Shown here piece by piece: positions 57,125-64,000 of a DNA stretch of 64,000 nucleotides (its first letter is position 1; each line of letters begins with the position of its first letter). Under the pieces are notes generated by a model. The model had not been told where the DNA came from and searched no databases. It was given only the letters and a program-made list of their open reading frames with translations. The position numbers and the translations under genes are program-made. This DNA comes from Promethearchaeota archaeon. Its GTDB lineage: Archaea > Asgardarchaeota > Heimdallarchaeia > Hodarchaeales > Hodarchaeaceae. The stretch lies in the NCBI GenBank assembly GCA_048938105.1, contig JBHLMN010000015.1, positions 32,001 through 96,000 on the forward strand. The letters are read 5' to 3'.

Positions 57125-58435
57125 ATGCCAGCAAAGAAGAAGAGGCGCCCAGCAAAAAAGAAGGCTCCACCCAAGAAGAAGAAAACCCCCTTAAAGTATC
57201 CCAATCAAGCGGAAATTTCAATAGGGATGATTGGGCACGTTGATCATGGAAAATCAACCCTGACAGAAGCACTAACTGGAAAATTCCCTGATACCCATAG
57301 TGAAGAAATTCGTCGAGGAATATCAATCCGGCTGGGATATGCTGAAACCGAGTTTCGTGAGTGTCCAGAATGTGAAAGTCCAGCTAAGTATACTACTTTA
57401 AAGAAATGTCCTGTTTGTGGTAATGAAACCATTCTCCTCCGACGAGTTGCTTTTGTTGACGCTCCTGGACATGAAGTATTAATGGCAACCATGTTATCTG
57501 GAGCAAGTATAATGGATGGAGCACTACTTGTCGTAGCAGCCAATGAAAGAGTCCCTATGCCTCAAACTCGCGAACACCTTGCTGCCATGGAGATTATAGG
57601 TATGGAAAAGGTGATTTTTTGCCAAAATAAAATTGAATTGGTTTCCGAGAAGGCCGCTCTTCAGAATTATAGAGATCTAAAGAAATTCATTTCAACAACT
57701 AGTACAAAGGACTCTCCTATTATTCCAATTAGTGCTATCCACCATACAAACATTGATATGTTGATACAGAACATCGAGGAGCATTTACCGACACCAAAAC
57801 GTGATGAAAGTCTCACTCCCAGAATGCTCGTAGCTCGATCTTTCGATGTAAATAAACCAGGACATTCTCCAACTAAACTACAAGGAGGAGTTGTAGGAGG
57901 AAGTATTGTTCAAGGAGAATTTTCTGTCAAAGATGAGATTGAAATTCGGCCAGGGAACCGAAAAGGTAGTAAATGGCAAGTTATTAACACGAAAATAGTA
58001 AGTTTACGATCTGGATTCGGTAAGCTAGAAACTGCACTATCAGGGGGACTTATTGGTATAGGAACAAATATAGATCCCTCGTTAACGAAAAGCGATTCAC
58101 TTGTAGGACAAATTGTCGGATACCCTGATGAGCTCCCACCAGTTTGGGATATGTTGGAATTTGATGGTCATCTACTTGAGCGTGTTGTGGGTAGCGAAGT
58201 TCAAACATTAGTTCACGCAATTGAATTAAATGAAAACCTTATGTTAAGTGTGGGTACTGCTAAAACCGTAGGAAAAGTAGTAAAAGCTAGTAAAAAGGGC
58301 ATTCAAGTGAATCTTCGTCTTCCTGTATGTACAGATTTAGGCACTCGTATCGCTATAAGTCGTCAGATTGATCGAAGATGGAGATTAATTGGGTGGGGTG
58401 TAATCAAAGGTGGGGAAGAACAACGGCAAAAGTAA
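57125..58435 (+). CDS. eif2g: Translation initiation factor 2 gamma subunit
   Basis: GHVDHGKST, RGISIRLGYA, Zn knuckle, DAPGHE, NKIE, RSFDVNKPG, RWRLIGWG. Confidence 0.97.
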   Translation: MPAKKKRRPAKKKAPPKKKKTPLKYPNQAEISIGMIGHVDHGKSTLTEALTGKFPDTHSEEIRRGISIRLGYAETEFRECPECESPAKYTTLKKCPVCGNETILLRRVAFVDAPGHEVLMATMLSGASIMDGALLVVAANERVPMPQTREHLAAMEIIGMEKVIFCQNKIELVSEKAALQNYRDLKKFISTTSTKDSPIIPISAIHHTNIDMLIQNIEEHLPTPKRDESLTPRMLVARSFDVNKPGHSPTKLQGGVVGGSIVQGEFSVKDEIEIRPGNRKGSKWQVINTKIVSLRSGFGKLETALSGGLIGIGTNIDPSLTKSDSLVGQIVGYPDELPPVWDMLEFDGHLLERVVGSEVQTLVHAIELNENLMLSVGTAKTVGKVVKASKKGIQVNLRLPVCTDLGTRIAISRQIDRRWRLIGWGVIKGGEEQRQK

Positions 58436-58848
58436 CACCCCCATTTTCAAGCAAACAGCAGTCATTGATATTTTTAGATACTAATTTTCTTATGGCACTA
58501 GGTCAGATTCCGAATTTCAACATATCATATGAACTAGATAGAGTTATTCCTGGAAATCGATTATTAATCGTTATAGACCCGATTTTTTCAGAACTAAAAA
58601 AGATACAATTGAAAGGAAATCCTAAAGAAAAAATGGAATCTCGCATTGCTATTGAATTTATAAATAAATATTGTCAAAAATGGCCTTCCGAATACAAACA
58701 TCGGAATATTGACTTTATCTTGTTACATTATGGGAAAGAAAGAAATGGAATAATAGCTACGAATGATCGTAAATTAAAAAGGACGGCCCGTAAAAAAGGA
58801 ATCCAAATCCTTTATATTCGAAACCAGCAATTTCTTGAATTAGAATGA
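58378..58848 (+). CDS. PIN-domain protein (Fcf1/Utp24-like)
   Basis: FLDTNFL, EL, D, IATNDRKLK; conserved position after eIF2-gamma. True start uncertain because of the overlap. Confidence 0.85.
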   Translation: MEINWVGCNQRWGRTTAKVTPPFSSKQQSLIFLDTNFLMALGQIPNFNISYELDRVIPGNRLLIVIDPIFSELKKIQLKGNPKEKMESRIAIEFINKYCQKWPSEYKHRNIDFILLHYGKERNGIIATNDRKLKRTARKKGIQILYIRNQQFLELE

Positions 58849-58949
58849 AACAAATTTAAATTTATCCAAAAAGGGAGGAATTTGAAATAAGGTGTGTAAA
58901 TATCACTCTAGAATTTCTTATATGACAAATGAATATTAAAAAAACCAAC

Positions 58950-59053
58950 GCCGCTGTGGCTTAGTTGGTAGAGCGACAGACTTGTAATCTGTTGGCCGTG
59001 GGTTCAAGATATAGGATCCTGATGGATTGTATATGGAATTCCCACCAGCGGCT
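58950..59053 (+). tRNA. tRNA-Thr(TGT) with 31-nt non-canonical T-loop intron (59/60; 59009-59039)
   Basis: GCCGCTG/CAGCGGC acceptor, ACAGA-CTTGTAA-TCTGT anticodon arm. BHB TTCA/TGGA with AGA and ATT bulges; splicing restores GTGGG-TTCAAGT-CCCAC. Confidence 0.92.
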
Positions 59054-59111
59054 ATTGGAGCTACTTCGGAAAGCATACTTAAACTAAACAATAAATGTTA
59101 TGTGACAAGAA

Positions 59112-59534
59112 ATGGAATCATCACAGTTAAGTACTACTTGGAAATACCTTGCTGACGGACAATGCGCTTTTAAATCAGCTGCAACGTCTCCAAAAATGCG
59201 CTGCAATCATCTTTTTACCATTACAGGAACTTGTAGATATATAGATTGCCCTCTTGTTCAACCTGAATTCTACGCATTCCAACAACAAGAAAGCTCAGTT
59301 TATTTGATTAAAAAGGATCCTAAAGCACCCCCTGTTTCGACATGGGGTTTCACCGAGTTACCTGAAGACCGTGAGAAAGCAAGAAAAGTAGTAGAAAAAG
59401 CCATCAAAAAGCTCAATGAAAACTTAAAAGTAGCTATTTGGCGGAAGTTTGAACAACAATTCGATGCTGCAGCCATAATTAAAGCCTCTCAAGAGCTCGC
59501 AGAAGAAGAAGAGGAAGAACTAGATAAAGATTGA
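59112..59534 (+). CDS. mak16: Mak16 (eL28/Mak16 family) ribosome biogenesis factor homologue
   Basis: W..L...QCAFK...C....TITG.C....CPL...YL.KK...W matches the eukaryotic Mak16 N-terminal Cys pattern; acidic tail. Confidence 0.8.
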   Translation: MESSQLSTTWKYLADGQCAFKSAATSPKMRCNHLFTITGTCRYIDCPLVQPEFYAFQQQESSVYLIKKDPKAPPVSTWGFTELPEDREKARKVVEKAIKKLNENLKVAIWRKFEQQFDAAAIIKASQELAEEEEEELDKD

Positions 59535-59561
59535 GAAATTCCATATCATGGTTATTCAGCG

Positions 59562-59625
59562 GCGAAATGATGAAACCTGACAAGGATGAGCTGAGCAATG
59601 AAATCTTATAGTTACTCTGATTCGC
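59562..59625 (+). ncRNA. Box C/D dual-guide sRNA (predicted 23S rRNA H69/H71 targets)
   Basis: Terminal stem GCGAA/TTCGC; C ATGATGA 59567-73; guide AACCTGACAAGG; D' ATGA 59586-89; C'-like ATGAAAT; guide CTTATAGTTACT; D CTGA 59617-20. Confidence 0.85.
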
Positions 59626-59714
59626 ACGTTGTTTTGAGGATTAATGACCTCCCAAATATGGAGTTCACATAAAATTTCACCTACTTCCTTTAATTTCCCA
59701 AGAAAGTCTTTAAT

Positions 59715-60836
59715 ATGGTTTCTTTTACCAATAACTCTTTTTTAATAGATAAAAATGTTCTTTTAGTACGGTTTGGCGGCGAAATAGGGATTAAAAGTCG
59801 ACAAACTCGTCGCCGTATGGTAGAGCAGCTACGTAGGAATATTGAGAGCTTTTTAGATCAATATCCTACTTTTAAAGTCCTTGAATTTAGAGACCGTTTA
59901 CTCATTTATTTTGAATCGGATTTAAATCTCAATAAGGTATCACATCTCATTGTTACTTCAATTAGTGGTATTTCTTCAGTCAGTCCAGCATTTGTTATTG
60001 AAGCCACAGAAAAAGCTATCGTCTCTAAAGGATTAGATAGCGTAATTAATGTCATTCAACCTTGCAGTAGTTTTGCTGTTCGTGTTCGCAGAGAAGGGAA
60101 TCATCCTTTCTCTTCGATAGATATTGCGCGCATTTTAGGTGCAAAAATTTTATCAACAGAAATTGAAGGCATTAAAGTCGATCTTGAAACCCCTGATTAT
60201 CAAATTTTTCTTGATATTCGAGGTTCCTTAGCTTTTATTTTTACCGAAGTTATCAAAGGGATTGATGGAATTCCCTCTCAAACTCAAGGAACTGCAATTG
60301 CTCTGATTCGACCTAATTTCAACTCTATTTTGGCAGCTTGGTTAATGAAGAAGAGGGGAGTGAGAGTAATACCTGTATTTTTCAGAACAGGAAAATCATC
60401 AGAAGAGAAATTTCTAAATCATGTTCGATCTCAATTCAATGAAGATCCTATTATCGTGTCAATAAAAGGCCTATTAGTTTCCTTCAAAAATCATTCTTCT
60501 CTATGTTTCCTCTGTCAAGTATTTTGTGAGACCATGTGTCAGAAAGTAGCAAACGAACAGAAAATCTCTGTTATTATATCTCCAACATGTTTTAATTTTA
60601 ATAATGAAACAATGTCACTCGAAGCATTAGAATTCATTGAAGAACGTGTTCTTCCCTCAGTAATCAGGCCAATTCAGTTTGGATTCTTCGCCCGCCAGGG
60701 GATAAGAATGGATCAGTTAGACCAGATCCCTTGTTGTCCCTTCCGAGAAAAGGTTTCTATTGAAATCTTTAATGACTTTAATGATCTTGGTCTGGAGAAG
60801 GTTTTATCCAAACTCGAAGAATATTCAGTTAGTTGA
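59715..60836 (+). CDS. THUMP-domain ThiI-like protein with degenerate PP-loop
   Basis: LVRFGGEIGIKS..TR, SFAVRVRR.G.H.F.S, KVDL..PD, G.DG.P..TQG, AAWLMKKRG. SGGxDS replaced by RPNFNS. Confidence 0.8.
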   Translation: MVSFTNNSFLIDKNVLLVRFGGEIGIKSRQTRRRMVEQLRRNIESFLDQYPTFKVLEFRDRLLIYFESDLNLNKVSHLIVTSISGISSVSPAFVIEATEKAIVSKGLDSVINVIQPCSSFAVRVRREGNHPFSSIDIARILGAKILSTEIEGIKVDLETPDYQIFLDIRGSLAFIFTEVIKGIDGIPSQTQGTAIALIRPNFNSILAAWLMKKRGVRVIPVFFRTGKSSEEKFLNHVRSQFNEDPIIVSIKGLLVSFKNHSSLCFLCQVFCETMCQKVANEQKISVIISPTCFNFNNETMSLEALEFIEERVLPSVIRPIQFGFFARQGIRMDQLDQIPCCPFREKVSIEIFNDFNDLGLEKVLSKLEEYSVS

Positions 60837-61443
60837 TCTTTTTCTGTTCGATAATACCATTTGGAGATTCTTCTGAGAAAATTAAGCCTTCAAATCGTGA
60901 AATTTTTGTATTTAAATCTGTCCATGCATTATTGGGAAGACCAGCCTTCAAACAGACATAATTGAGGTATTCTTGGAGATCCCAATTTTGGTCAACGGGC
61001 ACTTGTGGCAAGAGAAGCCCTCTTTGATATGATCCTCGTTCTGCTATTAAGCCATGTTTTCCGATTTCAATTAAGTTAAAATATTCTTGAGAATTTTTAA
61101 CATTGAGTGGCTCTGGAACGGTTAAAATAGTGACTTCAATAGTGATTGATTTCATTTCATCATAAACAACTGGAGGAAAGCGTGGATCACGGACAGCGGC
61201 ATCTATTGCTGAATCAATAGTTGATTGAATTAATGTGCTATGAGGGCTTTCAATTCGTCCAATACAACCTCTCAAAGTTGGTTCCTTTCCTCTTATAACA
61301 CGATGAAGTGTTACAAAGACACCAGAGTGATCAAAAAGATTTCTTGGTGCATCATCAGGGATTTTAATTTTTCTTTTTTCTTTGAGATAAGTTTCAATAG
61401 TTCTACGGGCTAACTTGACAAGATATTCCCCAGAGTAACTCAT
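60829..61443 (-). CDS. AMMECR1-family protein
   Basis: GVFVTL, LRGCIG, DPRF, GLLLPQV, C.KAGL. Confidence 0.93.
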   Translation of the reverse strand: MSYSGEYLVKLARRTIETYLKEKRKIKIPDDAPRNLFDHSGVFVTLHRVIRGKEPTLRGCIGRIESPHSTLIQSTIDSAIDAAVRDPRFPPVVYDEMKSITIEVTILTVPEPLNVKNSQEYFNLIEIGKHGLIAERGSYQRGLLLPQVPVDQNWDLQEYLNYVCLKAGLPNNAWTDLNTKISRFEGLIFSEESPNGIIEQKKIN

Positions 61444-61843
61444 AATAATCCTCTCTATTGAATTAATTAATAAAATGTAATTCTATATTGAAATTTTAAC
61501 GATAAGAAGCTTCCAAAAACAAACAGACCTTACTTATTCAGAAGTATATTAATATCGTTGTGACTAGAATTAAACCACTTTTAATCTTATATCTAAGATG
61601 TGGGGGGGATGTATTCTTGATTACTCTTAAAAGAAGCATAGATCTCTTAAAAAAAACATAGATCTTAATAGTTTACATAGACTAACTTAATAAAGGTATT
61701 AAATGTCTCTTTCTTTCTTGAAAACATGAATAGTAGAAATAAAGCTTACTTTTGCTTTTTAAGTCAGTAAAAAGGATTATTATTAAATTGTAAGAGGAGT
61801 GGTACTAAGCTACTTTTCGGAAAGCTCGAATCATTGTAAATAA

Positions 61844-62245
61844 GTGTTGAAATTGAGTAAAGAGCGGCGGTATATCAGTCAGCGTAAGATTCGTAGAATC
61901 AAACGTACCACTGATGATTCTTCTTTTGAGCTAGAGTCTGAACCAAGCCTATCAAAACCCCAAGGTCTTACGCCCAATACAAAAATGTATTATACGAAGG
62001 TTTGTTTTGGCGTAGGTAGCGGAACAGCCACAGGGTTACTTTTTCTACTGTTAAATATATCTCCAGAATTTTGGATCTTGATTCTTATTGGGAGTTTGAT
62101 TATTTGTGTTACTTTTGTGCGGTATGTCCTTAAGATCCCATATGATCAGATTGATCAGAAAAGATTATGGTTATCTGGGACATTTACATTTGTCATTCTA
62201 TTCATCGTTTTTACTTCTTTAGTCTGGATGTTACAAGTACTTTAG
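61844..62245 (+). CDS. EMC6-like 3-TM membrane protein
   Basis: YYTKVCFGVGSGTATGLL...RLWLSGTFTFVILFIVFTSLVWML parallels the EMC6/Rab5ip helix pattern. Confidence 0.55.
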   Translation: MLKLSKERRYISQRKIRRIKRTTDDSSFELESEPSLSKPQGLTPNTKMYYTKVCFGVGSGTATGLLFLLLNISPEFWILILIGSLIICVTFVRYVLKIPYDQIDQKRLWLSGTFTFVILFIVFTSLVWMLQVL

Positions 62246-62997
62246 ATTGACCAATCTTCACCAGCAACAAAAACACGACTAATTTGAGCACTGAGTAATT
62301 CTAATCCCTCACCTGAGAGAGCACTTACAGGAATTAAGGGAATATGACTCATTCCTTCAATTATCTGGCCTGCTTGTACCGAGAATTCACGAGTTAACCC
62401 ATGAAGTTCCTCGATAGCTTCATATGGATCCTCTCGCCATGCTAATATTTCATCAATCTGATAAGGTTTCAGCAAATCAATCTTTGTAACAATGTGAGAG
62501 ATAGGAAGATTGAGACGTATTTGAACTGATGTTGCAAGCAAACTGATTGAAACAAAACCTGATATTTGAGAGACAAGGCTGGAATCAAATAAGAACGCTA
62601 GAAAGGATGTGTCTTTGGGAAAACTCTCTGCAATTTTTAAACCAGAGTTACGATAAGCAAAAAGCTCCATTTGCCCAGGAGTATCAACTAACACTACGGC
62701 AGAGCTCTCACCTAATTCCTCGATATCCTCGCGAATTTCAGTTATATAATCTGCTATTAAATCAGCTGCCGCAATCATAGCACCATTTGGGCCTAGTTTA
62801 TATTCATCTACTAATCGATCATAATCAATATAATCTCGAATGTCGATATCAGCTTTATAAGGGATATATTGGACAGCTGGGTCAAGATTTACTGTGGTAA
62901 GAGATGCTCCTTTAGTAGTTAAATATTGTTGAAGGGATGAAGTAAGCATTGTCTTACCTGATCCAGCGGTACCAACCAAATAACATATGTTAGTCAT
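62242..62997 (-). CDS. GPN-loop GTPase
   Basis: GTAGSGKT, VNLDPA, LGPNGA, DTPGQME.F, TKID. Confidence 0.93.
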   Translation of the reverse strand: MTNICYLVGTAGSGKTMLTSSLQQYLTTKGASLTTVNLDPAVQYIPYKADIDIRDYIDYDRLVDEYKLGPNGAMIAAADLIADYITEIREDIEELGESSAVVLVDTPGQMELFAYRNSGLKIAESFPKDTSFLAFLFDSSLVSQISGFVSISLLATSVQIRLNLPISHIVTKIDLLKPYQIDEILAWREDPYEAIEELHGLTREFSVQAGQIIEGMSHIPLIPVSALSGEGLELLSAQISRVFVAGEDWSI

Positions 62998-64000
62998 GAT
63001 TTACATCCTAAACTTCGTAAGGTGATTGAGAACGAATGAGCTTGGGGAGATGAAGCGAGTAATCCTCGTGAAAATAAGGTTACAGAAACCGAAGCATTAG
63101 TTATTGTATTACTTTCCATAGCTGCTATAATCGCTCCTTTAAAAATACGAGTTCCAATGAAGTTATATACAGTAGTCCAACGATAAAGTCCTTTGGTCTC
63201 ATTAACACGAATTTCAATTCGATCAATATTGTTGAAAATACCACCAGATTGAATCTCGATTTGTATAGTGAAGAAAAAAATAGTCTGATTAGTAAGATCT
63301 TGCCAACAATAGCTAGTGGAGAGAGGTGAAGACGCTAATATAAGATTAGTAACTCGTGATTCATCTTCAATACGATAAAGTTTGATTGAAGGGGAATAAA
63401 CAAAAGAGCTTAGCAGATTACTACCTAGAAATAATGTAATAATCATTAGAGTGATGATAGCATATGAGTAACTCCTTTTTTGTATCACTTTGGTAAATAT
63501 AGCTTTAATTTTTAAAATCACTCTAAAATCTTCTTCATGTTGGTCAACACTCTGTTCCTTCACATTAGGTGAAGTTTCCTCTTCTGACTCGTCTCCAACA
63601 AATAAAATGAGTATTGCAAGTATAAGAATGATTATTTTTCCTAAAGTGGTTTGGACGACTAACAAGAACCAACCAATATGAGGAATCCGAAAAACAACGA
63701 CTCCAATAACATCGTTTCCTGTTGTTTTAAAATTTCTATCAGGATACCCATTATTATCTCCCCATGTTTCAAAGAAATATTCACTGCCATTATACCGAGT
63801 TGCTACGACCCGATGAACTATAGGAGGTTCATTATCATCATTGCTAATGTTAAAGACAATAACATCTCCAACTTTTATCGATTCAATAGGAACATTTTTA
63901 ACTAGAAGGATGTCTCCACGAAAGGGGTAGATATCTGTGTTTACATTATCTTGAAAACCATTGTAAATGGGGAGCATGCTGCCTGTGGTTACTGCAACAG
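62994..64000 (-). CDS. Signal peptidase I (Sec11/SPC21 type), 5' end beyond window, with C-terminal extension
   Basis: Frame is open to the window end: VAVTTGSMLP (catalytic Ser), RGD, PIVHRV, T.GDNN..PD, IPHIG. Confidence 0.9.
   Translation of the reverse strand, partial: VAVTTGSMLPIYNGFQDNVNTDIYPFRGDILLVKNVPIESIKVGDVIVFNISNDDNEPPIVHRVVATRYNGSEYFFETWGDNNGYPDRNFKTTGNDVIGVVVFRIPHIGWFLLVVQTTLGKIIILILAILILFVGDESEEETSPNVKEQSVDQHEEDFRVILKIKAIFTKVIQKRSYSYAIITLMIITLFLGSNLLSSFVYSPSIKLYRIEDESRVTNLILASSPLSTSYCWQDLTNQTIFFFTIQIEIQSGGIFNNIDRIEIRVNETKGLYRWTTVYNFIGTRIFKGAIIAAMESNTITNASVSVTLFSRGLLASSPQAHSFSITLRSLGCKS

Noticed and set aside
722-63905. Numerous short ORF-track entries nested in or antisense to well-supported genes (e.g. 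1685-2041, 16107-16421, 52449-52700, 57244-57543)
   Set aside because: They overlap confident CDSs and have shadow-frame composition with no motifs.
1-64000. CRISPR arrays, transposases, integrases, rRNA genes
   Set aside because: I saw no regularly spaced short repeats, mobile-element proteins or rRNA-like stretches. The Thr-rich linker codons are low-complexity coding sequence only.

Overview
Low-GC archaeal chromosomal window, most likely from an Asgard archaeon of the Heimdallarchaeia/Hodarchaeales type. This is inferred from a Mak16 homologue, a roadblock protein, an EMC6-like protein, eS26, Elf1 and an EF-2 with eukaryote-like insertions. From left to right it holds: two pilin-like genes and radA; a convergent pyrimidine cluster (pyrF-pyrC >< pyrK-pyrD-pyrI-pyrB); a HAD phosphatase and an NMP-kinase/nucleoside-deoxyribosyltransferase-like fusion. 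Next is the stand-out accessory region (about 11.3-30.1 kb), with six secreted proteins that each end in a Thr/Ser linker and a PGF-CTERM-like anchor. These are four unrelated phosphoesterase/nuclease folds (S1-P1/Zn-PLC, EEP, PHP, purple acid phosphatase), a non-catalytic protein with a recent 846-bp internal duplication, and the binding protein of an AfuABC/FbpABC-type ABC importer. I read this as a candidate cell-surface system for scavenging nucleic acids or organophosphates. The right half is mostly translation and ribosome-biogenesis housekeeping. It also contains features missing from the ORF track: two box C/D guide sRNAs next to rio2 and mak16, three intron-containing tRNAs (introns at 37/38, 21/22 and 59/60), and a start-less 166-codon reading frame. 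All calls come from reading motifs by eye; no searches were run.
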